Shown here piece by piece: positions 39,606 to 49,040 of a stretch of 64,000 bases of DNA; the first letter of the stretch is position 1; every line of letters begins with the position of its first letter. Where the stretch lies: positions 12,394-76,393 of the forward strand of contig JBFINP010000006.1 in NCBI GenBank assembly GCA_041611095.1, given 5' to 3'. The stretch comes from Acidimicrobiia bacterium (GTDB lineage Bacteria > Actinomycetota > Acidimicrobiia > Spongiisociales > UBA5794). The notes under the pieces are model-generated. The model ran no database searches. It was not told where the DNA came from and saw nothing but the letters and a program-made list of their open reading frames with translations. The position numbers and the translations under genes are program-made.

Positions 39606-40829
39606 TCAATCGGCGTCCCCGTTGTTCCCCCCGAGGTCGTACCCGGGCATCCCGTCTTCCAGCCATTGGGCGAAGGCCTCGCCAGTCGGCACGTCTCTTT
39701 GCTGGGCCACGGCGATGAGGTAGCGGTGGTGGAGGAAGTCGCAGTAGCGCTGGACGGCGTTGCCGTCTCGTCCCGTCTGCGCGGCGATCTCGTCGAGCAG
39801 AGGTTCGAAGACCTCCACCCGCCAGCGTATCGCCGTGATTGCCTTGCCCGTGGCGCTGTCTTGAGGCCGCGATGCCTCGAAATAGCGGAGATCGGCGAGG
39901 ATGATGCGCGCCTGGTGCTCGGCGGCGTCGATACCGGTGAGCTCCCTCAATCGGGTGCGATGGAAGTTGCGGCCGCCGACCTTGACTCGTAGCTGGAGGC
40001 GCCGTTCCTGTTGATCGTCGAACGGGCTGAGGTCGACGTCCTCGACCTCGAAGCCCAGGGCATTGAGTCGCTCGACACGCTCGCGCACCCTATAGCTCTC
40101 GTGGGGTCCGATCACGATCGGCTCGTACAGCTCGTTCCACAGCGCCTCGTAGCGGGCGATGACGTCCTCGCCGAGGCGGAGGTCGGCGTCATCGACGTCG
40201 AGGCCCTGCTCCGCGGCGATGTCGGCCATGCCGCCGGCCAGATTGACGAGCATGATGTCGAGGTCGTGCAGACGCTGACCCCGAGTCAGCTCGTCGTGGA
40301 GCTCGCTGGTCTCGGCGTCGATCATGACGGCTTCGATGGCGCCGGCGTCGTACCGGTAGAGCAGGTTGGAGAGCGAGCAGTCTCCCCAGAAGCATCCGGC
40401 GAGGTGCAGCTCCACGAGCAGACCGGCAACGGCGTCGAGCATCTGATTGCGACGCGAGCCGAAGTTGCCTCCCGAGATCAGCTCTCTGTAGGTGAAGGCG
40501 TACTTGACGTAACGGGTGATGATGGCCGCGGACCACTCCTGATCGCCGGAAACCCAACCCCGATCGACGAGACCGACGGCAGTTGCCACCGGGGTCACGC
40601 GCTGGCCCAGCGATCGCAGCGTCCGGTATTCGTGCCGGGCAACCCGACGGGGCAGCTCCTTGATGGCGTAGATCTCCTCGTCATAGACGACGAACCGCAC
40701 GACGTGGCGATGCACCCCCGTCGGGACCTCCACGAGCCGTGCGTGAGCCCACTCCTCGAGGGGGCGTTCCCACTCGAGATCCAGGAAGGCCGGATGGCCC
40801 GGTCGAATCGAAAGGGTTGGCGTGCTCAC
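39606..40829 (-). CDS. DUF4032 domain protein (Kdo/LPS-kinase-like fold)
   Basis: HRHVVRFV, AIKE, HLAGCFWGDCSLSNLLY, IDAETSE, RLNALGF. Confidence 0.85.
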   Translation of the reverse strand: MSTPTLSIRPGHPAFLDLEWERPLEEWAHARLVEVPTGVHRHVVRFVVYDEEIYAIKELPRRVARHEYRTLRSLGQRVTPVATAVGLVDRGWVSGDQEWSAAIITRYVKYAFTYRELISGGNFGSRRNQMLDAVAGLLVELHLAGCFWGDCSLSNLLYRYDAGAIEAVMIDAETSELHDELTRGQRLHDLDIMLVNLAGGMADIAAEQGLDVDDADLRLGEDVIARYEALWNELYEPIVIGPHESYRVRERVERLNALGFEVEDVDLSPFDDQQERRLQLRVKVGGRNFHRTRLRELTGIDAAEHQARIILADLRYFEASRPQDSATGKAITAIRWRVEVFEPLLDEIAAQTGRDGNAVQRYCDFLHHRYLIAVAQQRDVPTGEAFAQWLEDGMPGYDLGGNNGDAD

Positions 40830-40939
40830 GTGGCCTCCGTGGATGGGTGAGCCTCCGGCGACGGCAGCGACGCTAGCGACGCTAGTGCCGTGGGGGCTTC
40901 GATGAGGGGATCCGCTCTGTGGCGGGCTAACGTCGGCGC

Positions 40940-41245
40940 ATGGAGCACGTCCCCCGTCGTATCGAGATCGTTGAGGGGGCCGGCGTCGAGATCACGTGGG
41001 AGGACGACTCGGTCACCGAGCTGGATGCCCCCACGTTGCGGGGTGCGTGTATGTGTGCGGTGTGCCGGGAGCCCGCAGGCGAGGCGGCCACACAGGCCGT
41101 CCTCGATGGTGAGGATCCGGTGCGCATCGCGTCTGCGGACCTCGTCGGCGGTTACGCCATCCGTTTCGAGTTCGAGCCGGATGGGCACGCCACCGGCATC
41201 TACCCATTCACCGCGTTGCGTGAGCTGGCGGAACGCTGGGGCTGA
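40940..41245 (+). CDS. DUF971 (gamma-butyrobetaine hydroxylase N-terminal-like) protein
   Basis: LRGACMCAVC, VGGYAI, DGHATGIY. Confidence 0.87.
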   Translation: MEHVPRRIEIVEGAGVEITWEDDSVTELDAPTLRGACMCAVCREPAGEAATQAVLDGEDPVRIASADLVGGYAIRFEFEPDGHATGIYPFTALRELAERWG

Positions 41246-42018
41246 CACCTCGGACACCAGTAGGTGACACGCGCCAGTGGGCCGTGGCGGTCGGATGCGA
41301 TGGGCGTTGCGCAGCGGCGGCACGGCCGGCCGGCCCGTCCGTAAACCCAGTAGTTGCCGCGTCCCCGCGTGCCGGTGGTAGATCGGTTCCCGTCTCCGAG
41401 GTTGCCCCGCAAGAGCCGGTGGGCGCGGGCGAAGAGCGCCCGTAGCGTGTCGTTGTCGAGGGCCTCAGGTGCGCTCGCCGGCCCGAGACCCTCCAGGAAC
41501 AAGACTTCGCTCTTGTAGACGTTGCCGATCCCCGAGGCCACGGCCTGATCCAGCAGGAGGTCGGCGAGGGTCGCCGCTCCGGCGTTCCGCGCCCTCTCCA
41601 CGACGGCGGAGAGCGGCGGATCGGGCTTGGCCAGGTCGGGGCCCAGCCGCTCCAGATCTGCGAGCACGACCTGGGTCGGTGCGACCTCCACGGTGGGTGC
41701 CGCAAAGCAGACGGCCACGGCGCGTGCGACGCGCAGCACTACCCGGGCCTTGCCCTCGGTGACCTTCCAACGCTCGTGTGGCTCGTAGACATGCCAGCGC
41801 CCGGTCATGCCGAGGTGGGTGCGCAACGACCAGCCGTTGTCGGTGTGAACGAGCAGGTGCTTGCCGATCGCTTCGACGCCGGTGACCCGGTGTCCCCTGA
41901 GCCGCCGGCCCTCGCGGCGCACCGCCCGGTGACTGCCCGTCACCTCCACCAGCACCTGGTCCGTCAACGCAAGACCCAGCCGGCGTGCGGCACGGTGGAG
42001 GGTGTCTCCCTCAGGCAC
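41200..42018 (-). CDS. nei: Fpg/Nei-family DNA glycosylase (Nei2-like)
   Basis: MPEGDT, GKHL, HLGMTG, LLDQ..GIGNVYKSE, C4 zinc finger. Confidence 0.93.
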   Translation of the reverse strand: MPEGDTLHRAARRLGLALTDQVLVEVTGSHRAVRREGRRLRGHRVTGVEAIGKHLLVHTDNGWSLRTHLGMTGRWHVYEPHERWKVTEGKARVVLRVARAVAVCFAAPTVEVAPTQVVLADLERLGPDLAKPDPPLSAVVERARNAGAATLADLLLDQAVASGIGNVYKSEVLFLEGLGPASAPEALDNDTLRALFARAHRLLRGNLGDGNRSTTGTRGRGNYWVYGRAGRPCRRCATPIASDRHGPLARVTYWCPRCQPQRSASSRNAVNG

Positions 42019-45000
42019 GGCGAGGCTGACTGTAGGTGAGCCCGCGGTAGCCAGGTGTGAACCCCGCCATGCTCAGACGAGGCGCCAGCGGACCGCCGGC
42101 GGCCGGGCGGCCATCGATCGTCTCCACGGTGAGCCGGGTGCGGCGCCGCCGCGCCAGCTCGATCAGGGCCGTCACCGCCGCATCGGGCTCGTTGGTGAAC
42201 GTGAGCATCGTTCGCCCGCCGCGCTCGACGAACGCCACCAACCGTCCGTCCTCGAGGACGACGTGGGCTCCCGCCCGTCGTGCCGGTCGGCCTGAGTCAT
42301 GGTCGGGCCAGGGCACGGTCGCCCCGTACGCATTCGCCGGGTCGGCAGCGGCCAGCACCAGGACGCCTCCGTCCTTTTCCGATCGCAGCCGGTCGACGGC
42401 ACCGGGAAGCGCGAACTGCGAGCCGCCCATGCCTTCGATGAAGTAGCCACGCCGGACCTGACCGGTGTCCTCCATCGTCGCGAAAACCGGGTACAAGCCG
42501 GCGAACCCGCCGGGGACACCTTCGGAGAGCACCGCATCGCGGGTCACCACTCCGTACCGCTCCAGAAGCTGGTCGGCGACGGCGGTGGCGCGGGTCTCGG
42601 GAGCGATCGGATCCCCGACGGCGAGCAGATCGCGGGCAAGGTACCAGCGCCCGGTGCCTGCGGGCGGGGCCGCCGACGGGAAGACGGGGCCGCGTCCGGC
42701 GCGACGCTTCCGCGTCCCGGTCAGGTGGGCGCGGAGCGGGGCCAGGGTGTCATTGGTCACCTCTCCCGCCCAGACGAGATCCCACAGCGCAGCCAGCACG
42801 TCCTCCACCGGACCGCCCTCGGCCGCCACGTAGAGGTCTCCGAAGAAGCTGGCGCCACGCTCCTCCAGGTGGTGGCGGAGCACGTCGTGGAGTGGGCTCT
42901 GCGGGGGCTCGTCGGTGGGTGGAGAGAACAGCAGCGGCACCTGGTGGCGGATGTAGAGGGAGAGCTTCCCGTCACTCCTGCCGAGCGGGCCCCGACCCAG
43001 CCATACGACCTCGCCGGAGGCGAGCAGCGCATCGAGCATGCCTGGCTGGTACTCGAGCCGGCTCGACAGGACGTCGCTCTCCAGGATGCTGGCGGGTACG
43101 GCCGACCCCTGCAGCTGGCGCACGACCTCCATGAGGCGTGTCGTATGAGGTGCATCGTTGCCGACCCCGTGCCACGCCGGGAGGAACCGGGCGTGGACGT
43201 GGGGCTCGACAGCTTCGATCTCGGCGCGCAGCGCGGCGAGCGAGCGCCGCCGGATGCGGCGGAGCACCTCGACATCCACCCATTCCTGATCGGTGCCACC
43301 GGGCCGGTACGCGCCCGCCGACACTCGGCCGGCCGCGGCGAGCCGGCCCAGGACCTCGGTGACCGCGGCGATCGGCAGCCCCAGATCGGAGGCGGCGTCC
43401 TCGGCCGGGAAGGGCCCGTGGGTGCGGGCGTAGCGCCCGACCACGTCGCCAAGCGGATCGGGCACCGGTTCGAGCAGCGTGGGTGGAATCCAGACCGGTG
43501 GGTTCACGCCGAGCGCGTCGCGGAGCCGCGCGAGATCTTCGACGGCGGCCAGCCGCTCCTCGCCGTGCATGCGGACCTCGGCGATCCGTCTGGTTCGGGA
43601 GAGCTCCTCGATCCAGTCCTCCCTCGGCTGGCCGGCGGCCGTGCGAGCCGAGATGCCCGGCCGGGTGAGTGGCCCGAGGTCGCGGAGGGCATCGTGGAGG
43701 GCATCGGCCGATGTGATGTGCCGCTCCGGGGCAAGACGCTGCAGTTCGGACTCGACGTCGGCGATGACCTCGGAGTCGAGGAGGTCACGGAACTGGGGAT
43801 CGCCCAGGAGCTCTTGGAGCAGGCTGCGGTCGAGCGTGAGTGCGGCGGCGCGTTTCTCGGCTACCGGGGCGTCGTATTCGTACATGAACGACGCGATGAA
43901 GTCGAACATGAGTGACGATGCAAACGGGCTGGGGTTGGCGAGGTCGACGTCGACCACTCGGATCCGCCGTGCGGCCACCTCGCCGAGGACCTCGCTGAGC
44001 GCCGGGACGTCGAAGTGGTCCTGGAGCACCTCGCGGTAGGTCTCGAGGACGATGGGGAACGACGCGTATTGGCGGGCGATCTCGAGGAGGCTGGCGGCCC
44101 GGCGCCGCTGCAGCCACAGCGGTGTCCGGGAGCCGGGGCGGCGGCGGGGGAGCAGGAGAGCGCGCGCCGCGGCCTCGCGGAATCGAGAGGTGAACAGCGC
44201 CGAGTCGGCCACCTCTTCGAGGAGCAGCTCGTCCACCTCGTCCGGCTGTAGCAGCAGCGCATCGGCCGCAGGCGGCTCATCCACGTCCGGGAACCGGAAG
44301 ACGATACCGTCGTCGGACCAGATGACGTCGACCTCGCTCCCGATCTCGGCTCGGAGGCGGTGGCGGGCCGCAAGCGCCCACGGTGCATGGATGCGGGCAC
44401 CGAACGGCGAGAGCAGCACCATGCGCCAGTCGCCGATCTCGTCGCGGAAGCGTTCGATCACGATCGTCCGGTCCGTCGGCAGGGTTCCGGTCGCCTCGCG
44501 CTCCTCCTCGAGAAACGCCGCAAGGTTGTCGGCCGCCCACTCGTCGAGCCGGTAGCGATCCCGAAGGGTCGTGCGGGCTGCGTCAGGCTCCATCGCGCCG
44601 ACCTCCCGCACGAACGCACCGACGGCTCGACCCAGTTCGAGGGGACGGCCCGGGGCGTCGCCGTGCCAGAACGGCATTCGGGCTGCGGTTTCGCCCGGCG
44701 CAGGGGTGACGATGACGCGGTCGTGGGTGATCTCGTCGATGCGCCACGCCGTCGATCCGAGCATGAACACGTCCCCGGTGCGGCTCTCGTAGACCATCTC
44801 CTCGTCGAGCTCGCCAACCCTTCCGCCTTCGGGGAGCGTCACCGTATAGAGGCCACGATCCGGGATCGTCCCTGGGTTCGTGACCGCCAGCAGCTTGGCG
44901 TTCCGGCGAGCCTCGATCCTCCCATCGACGCGATCCCACACGATCCTGGGTCGCAGCTCGGCGAACTCATCGGATGGATACCGGCCCGCCAACATGTCGA

Positions 45001-46399
45001 GCACCGCTTCGAACGCTGCTCGCCCGAGGTCGCGATACGGCGCTGCGCGGCGGATCGTGGCGAAGAGGTCGTCGACGTCGTGGGGCGCTACCGCGACGGC
45101 GGCGACGATCTGTTGAGCGAGCACGTCGAGGGCGTTGCGGGGGATGCGGGTCGCCTCGATCGCTCCGTGAGTCATGCGCTCGACGACGACCGCCGTCTCG
45201 AGCAGGTCGCCGCGGTGCTTGGGGAAGATGCGGGCCACGCTGGGAGTGCCCACCTGGTGGCCGGCGCGGCCGACCCGCTGGAGTCCACTGGCCACCGATG
45301 CGGGTGCTTCGACGAGGATGACGAGGTCGATGGCCGCCATGTCGATGCCGAGCTCGAGGGTCGACGTCGCCACCACCCCTCGCAGCTCGCCCGCCTTGAG
45401 CCGGTTCTCGATCTCGAGTCGCTGTTCGCGCGAGACCGAGCCGTGGTGCGACTGGACGAGGTCCTCGCCGGCGAGGCGGTTGAGCTCGGCGGCGAGCCGC
45501 TCGGCGAGCCCGCGGCTGTTGACGAACAGGAGCGTGGAGCGGTTGGCCAGGATCAGCTCGAGAAGCTTCGGGTAGACCGCAGGCCAGATCGAGCGGCGTG
45601 GAGGCTTCTCGTCGGCGCCGGAATCGACGGAGGTCTCCTCGGGCCGCGTCATGTCGGCGACCGGAACCACGATTCCGAGATCGAGCTCCTTGTCCCACGG
45701 GGCGTCGACGATCGTCACGGGCCGAGGTTCCCAGCCGGTGCCGTTCGGCTCACCCCCGCCGAGGAACTCGGCGATGTCTTCGAGAGGCCGCTGGGTCGCC
45801 GACAACCCGATTCGCTGTGGCGGCTGCTCGGTGAGGTCGGAGAGCCGCTCCATCGTCAGACTGAGGTGGGAGCCCCGCTTGGTACCGGCGATCGCGTGGA
45901 TCTCGTCCACGATCACCCAGCGCACCGCAGACAGGATCTGGCGCGCCTGCGAGGTGAGCATGAGGTAGAGCGACTCGGGCGTCGTGATCAGGATGTCGGG
46001 CGGGTGCCGGACCATGGCCTGGCGCTCGGATCCCGGGGTGTCGCCCGTGCGCATGGCGGTGGTGATCTTCGGTACGTCGAGTCCGAGCCGGCCGGCGGCG
46101 TTCTGAATCCCGGCCAGTGGCGCGCGGAGGTTCCGCTCGACGTCGTACGCCAGCGCCTTCATCGGAGAGACGTAGAGAATGCGGCACCGTTCTCGCTCGG
46201 GCGGCGTGGGCTCGGAGGACAGCCGATCGATGGCCCACAGGAATGCGGCGAGGGTCTTACCGGACCCCGTGGGGGCATGGATCAGCGTGTGGTCACCCTG
46301 CCGGATGGCCGCCCAACCTCGGACCTGGGCCTCGGTGGGGGCGTCGAACGACGCCGCAAACCAGGTGCGGGTGGCCTCGGTGAAGTCGCTGCCGCTCAC
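42011..46399 (-). CDS. lhr: Lhr ATP-dependent helicase (full length)
   Basis: APTGSGKT, TTPESL, DEIH, SATQ, LELGID, QRVGRAGH; C-terminal RRGYF...GSQFALPG; coupled to nei. Confidence 0.95.
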   Translation of the reverse strand: MSGSDFTEATRTWFAASFDAPTEAQVRGWAAIRQGDHTLIHAPTGSGKTLAAFLWAIDRLSSEPTPPERERCRILYVSPMKALAYDVERNLRAPLAGIQNAAGRLGLDVPKITTAMRTGDTPGSERQAMVRHPPDILITTPESLYLMLTSQARQILSAVRWVIVDEIHAIAGTKRGSHLSLTMERLSDLTEQPPQRIGLSATQRPLEDIAEFLGGGEPNGTGWEPRPVTIVDAPWDKELDLGIVVPVADMTRPEETSVDSGADEKPPRRSIWPAVYPKLLELILANRSTLLFVNSRGLAERLAAELNRLAGEDLVQSHHGSVSREQRLEIENRLKAGELRGVVATSTLELGIDMAAIDLVILVEAPASVASGLQRVGRAGHQVGTPSVARIFPKHRGDLLETAVVVERMTHGAIEATRIPRNALDVLAQQIVAAVAVAPHDVDDLFATIRRAAPYRDLGRAAFEAVLDMLAGRYPSDEFAELRPRIVWDRVDGRIEARRNAKLLAVTNPGTIPDRGLYTVTLPEGGRVGELDEEMVYESRTGDVFMLGSTAWRIDEITHDRVIVTPAPGETAARMPFWHGDAPGRPLELGRAVGAFVREVGAMEPDAARTTLRDRYRLDEWAADNLAAFLEEEREATGTLPTDRTIVIERFRDEIGDWRMVLLSPFGARIHAPWALAARHRLRAEIGSEVDVIWSDDGIVFRFPDVDEPPAADALLLQPDEVDELLLEEVADSALFTSRFREAAARALLLPRRRPGSRTPLWLQRRRAASLLEIARQYASFPIVLETYREVLQDHFDVPALSEVLGEVAARRIRVVDVDLANPSPFASSLMFDFIASFMYEYDAPVAEKRAAALTLDRSLLQELLGDPQFRDLLDSEVIADVESELQRLAPERHITSADALHDALRDLGPLTRPGISARTAAGQPREDWIEELSRTRRIAEVRMHGEERLAAVEDLARLRDALGVNPPVWIPPTLLEPVPDPLGDVVGRYARTHGPFPAEDAASDLGLPIAAVTEVLGRLAAAGRVSAGAYRPGGTDQEWVDVEVLRRIRRRSLAALRAEIEAVEPHVHARFLPAWHGVGNDAPHTTRLMEVVRQLQGSAVPASILESDVLSSRLEYQPGMLDALLASGEVVWLGRGPLGRSDGKLSLYIRHQVPLLFSPPTDEPPQSPLHDVLRHHLEERGASFFGDLYVAAEGGPVEDVLAALWDLVWAGEVTNDTLAPLRAHLTGTRKRRAGRGPVFPSAAPPAGTGRWYLARDLLAVGDPIAPETRATAVADQLLERYGVVTRDAVLSEGVPGGFAGLYPVFATMEDTGQVRRGYFIEGMGGSQFALPGAVDRLRSEKDGGVLVLAAADPANAYGATVPWPDHDSGRPARRAGAHVVLEDGRLVAFVERGGRTMLTFTNEPDAAVTALIELARRRRTRLTVETIDGRPAAGGPLAPRLSMAGFTPGYRGLTYSQPRRA

Positions 46400-46406
46400 G
46401 TGGCGC

Positions 46407-46428
46407 AGCGTACCTGGCGGGTGTGACA
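46407..46428 (-). promoter_or_regulatory. PafBC / RecA-NDp-type DNA-damage promoter of lhr-nei
   Basis: Minus strand reads TGTCAC-N10-TACGCT-N7-GTG, matching the TGTCR..-N10-TANNNT spacing. Confidence 0.7.
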
Positions 46429-46455
46429 CAACTCGCGGCCGGGGCCGGCGGGCCG

Positions 46456-47142
46456 CTACGGGATGTACTGCTCTTCGATGGCGACGACCACTACGTTCTC
46501 GACGGTGAGCCAGACGCCGTTGCCGGCTGGGCCGGGTGCGGCGAGCCAGTCCGTGTACGAGACCGTCTCGTGGCCGGGACTACCACCGATCAACCGATCG
46601 ACCGTGGTGATGCCCGCCACCGTGATCGTGCGCAGCATCGGGTTGTCGTTGCGCACGTAGTAGCTGTTCTCCGGTGGTGACAGCGCCCCGTCTTCGGCGG
46701 CGGCGAGCGTCGCCGCGTCGCCGAAGAACCAGCAGGCGAGGTCGAACTCGATCTCGGTGGCGCCGGCAGACTCGACGAAGCCGTACCACTGGCCGTCGGG
46801 GAGCTCCTCGGTTCCCGGGGTGCATCCCGACCCCGAGGCAAGCGCGTAGACGTCGAGCGTCGTCGTGGTGGCACGAGGCGCGGTCGTGGTGGTGGGTGTG
46901 GCGGTGGTCGTGGTCGTGGAGGACGTGGACGTGGTGACCCGTGTCGTCGGAGGTGATGTCGCCGGGACGGCCGTGGTGGTCGTCGTGTCGAGGGTCGTCG
47001 TGGTCGCCGGTTGAGCCGTCGTGCTCGGCTGTCTTGCCGTTTCGTCTGTCCCACAGGCGGCGAGAGCGAGGACGAGCATGATGCCGACGACCAGCGTCCC
47101 ACCGGCGAGACGTCTCGGCGGGGGCGTGGTTCTGCCTCTCAT
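46456..47142 (-). CDS. Hypothetical lipoprotein with Thr-rich linker
   Basis: LALAAC lipobox, poly-Thr stalk, LPDGQWYGFV, YYVRNDN, EQYIP. Confidence 0.8.
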   Translation of the reverse strand: MRGRTTPPPRRLAGGTLVVGIMLVLALAACGTDETARQPSTTAQPATTTTLDTTTTTAVPATSPPTTRVTTSTSSTTTTTATPTTTTAPRATTTTLDVYALASGSGCTPGTEELPDGQWYGFVESAGATEIEFDLACWFFGDAATLAAAEDGALSPPENSYYVRNDNPMLRTITVAGITTVDRLIGGSPGHETVSYTDWLAAPGPAGNGVWLTVENVVVVAIEEQYIP

Positions 47143-47532
47143 CGCGCGAACATACGACTTCCCCGGGGCGGTTTCTAGATCCGTGTAGCCGGGACGAGTC
47201 CCGTTGTGCGGCGCTCCTTTCCCGGGTCCGCCGAGGCATGGAGAACGGTGCGATCAACGCCCTTGGAGAGCCGATTCCTGAGGAAGCAAACCCTCGAGCG
47301 AAGTCGGCTCAGAAGCCTCCATCGAAAGTCGAGGCCGGAGCGAATCACAAAATCGTCTTACACGCGGTCGTTACATAAGTCTTTGAGGGCCAGGCGTTTG
47401 GCTCGTCGAAGAGGCGTGACGGCCGGCGCTCGGCGGCGCTCGGCGGTCTCGACCAGTGGTCGAGGGTTGGTCGAGGGCACTCCCGTCATCGGGCGCCGCA
47501 ACGTTGTGGCGTCGTCCCACTGGCTTCGGGGC

Positions 47533-48159
47533 ATGGACATCACGGTCGATCTCGTCGAGAGCTACCTGCGGCTGACGGGTTATCTCACGTTGAGCGAGTA
47601 CGAGGTGCAACGCCGGGACGAATCGGGTCGCTACAAGGCCGTGACGGACATCGACATCATGGCGCTCCGGCTGCCGGGCAACGTGTACGTGGGCGATCCT
47701 CGTCGCAACTGCGCCCTTCTCGAGCTCGACGATCCGGCGCTGGGGCTCGAATCCGGTCTGACCGACGTGATCATCGGCGAGGTGAAGCAGGGTCCTGCCG
47801 AGCTGAACGCCGGGATCAAGGATCACGCTGCGTTGCACTCGATGCTGCGACGCGTGGAATGGCTCTACGCGACGGACCTGGACGGTGTGATCGACGTGCT
47901 TCAGCGGGATCTCACCCACCGGGGGCCCGGCCGCGGCGGGGGAACCGTGCGCACTCGGCTCGTTGCCTTCGGTCGGAGCAGCCTCGTATCGGAGAACGTG
48001 ATCTCAATAGGTCACATCATCGACGTGCTACTCGCCTTCTTCGAGGAGCACGAGGATGCGTTCCGGCCGGTCCAGTTCCGTCAGGCGGCGCCGGCGTTCC
48101 TCCGGCTTCTGCTCAAAGCCGGGTTCGTCGTGCGGCGCAGGACCGTCGAGAAGACCTGA
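47533..48159 (+). CDS. Hypothetical protein, PD-(D/E)XK nuclease-like
   Basis: LVESYL, TDIDIMALR, DVIIGEVK. Confidence 0.7.
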   Translation: MDITVDLVESYLRLTGYLTLSEYEVQRRDESGRYKAVTDIDIMALRLPGNVYVGDPRRNCALLELDDPALGLESGLTDVIIGEVKQGPAELNAGIKDHAALHSMLRRVEWLYATDLDGVIDVLQRDLTHRGPGRGGGTVRTRLVAFGRSSLVSENVISIGHIIDVLLAFFEEHEDAFRPVQFRQAAPAFLRLLLKAGFVVRRRTVEKT

Positions 48160-48198
48160 TCCAGATGGACCGGAGACCCGACGTGGACGCCGTCGGGA

Positions 48199-48960
48199 TC
48201 AGTACGCACGCAGCAGACGCAGCGCGGTCTCGGCGTCGTCCCCGATCGCTTTGAGGCCGGTGTCGGCGACGTCCATGCGGTGTACGGCGACGCGGCAGAA
48301 CTCCGATGCGATCCCCTTGATCACGTTCTCGGAGTCGTCGGGGCCGAACACCCACCGTGCGTACTTGGGGCCCATCAGTTGCACGCGCACGCCACCCTCG
48401 GGGAAGGGCTCACCTGCCTGCTCGAAAGCGAAGGGGAGCATGCGGTGCGCCAGCCAGGCAACATGGCGGAGGCGAGGCGAGTCGCCCTCCGGCTCCTCGT
48501 CCTCGTCGACCGGAAGGCGGCCGTCCATCGCCGCCTTGATGTCGAGTCCATGTGCCCACGTCTCCATGAGGCGCAGCGTGGCGAAGGCCTTGGCGCTCAT
48601 CGTCGACAGCACCCACGGGATGCGGTCCTTGGCGTCCATACGGGAGAGCGCATCGACGACGTCGGCCCGGCCGTTGCGCCACCACTCGATCACCTCCTGG
48701 TAGCGCTTCCCGCGTCCCTCGGCGACTCCGCGAGCGGTCCACTCGTCCACGTCCGTCACCGCGGCGGCGTCGACGAACTCCTGGCCTTGCTCGATCGCGG
48801 ACGCAGCAAAGGTCTCGGTGTAGGCGAGGTGGCTCACGGTATCGATGATCGACCAGCCTTCGGCAGGAGTGGCGAGCTGCCAGTCCCGCTCATGGATCCG
48901 CTGCAGAAACTGATCCAGCGATTGCTGCTCGGCGACGAGGTCGGAGAGGATTTCACGCAT
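48199..48960 (-). CDS. Mycothiol-dependent maleylpyruvate isomerase family (TIGR03084-like) metal-binding protein
   Basis: TPAEGWSIIDTVSHLA, RLMETWAHGLD, RLRHVAWL. Confidence 0.87.
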   Translation of the reverse strand: MREILSDLVAEQQSLDQFLQRIHERDWQLATPAEGWSIIDTVSHLAYTETFAASAIEQGQEFVDAAAVTDVDEWTARGVAEGRGKRYQEVIEWWRNGRADVVDALSRMDAKDRIPWVLSTMSAKAFATLRLMETWAHGLDIKAAMDGRLPVDEDEEPEGDSPRLRHVAWLAHRMLPFAFEQAGEPFPEGGVRVQLMGPKYARWVFGPDDSENVIKGIASEFCRVAVHRMDVADTGLKAIGDDAETALRLLRAY

Positions 48961-49040
48961 GGAGTCGCGATTCTACTGCTTGTTCGTGGGCGTCGATCCA
49001 GCGGGCGCCGTTTTTCCGCCGGGCGCAGACGGCGCCACGT

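Noticed and set aside
46860-47010. GTG/GTC-rich low-complexity repeats
   Set aside because: They encode the Thr-rich lipoprotein stalk; there is no repeat-spacer structure, so this is not CRISPR.
47146-47160. Half SOS box CGAACATACGACT upstream of the lipoprotein gene
   Set aside because: The right half is not GTTC; it is better explained as the minus-strand -10 TATGTT.
47275-47345. c-di-GMP-I riboswitch-like words (GCAAACC ... AAGCCTCC)
   Set aside because: The conserved GG-GACGCAAAGCC core and a clean GNRA-capped P2 stem are missing.
47238-47378. 46-codon small ORF (MENGAINALG...)
   Set aside because: Poor SD spacing, atypical codon usage and no recognisable motif.
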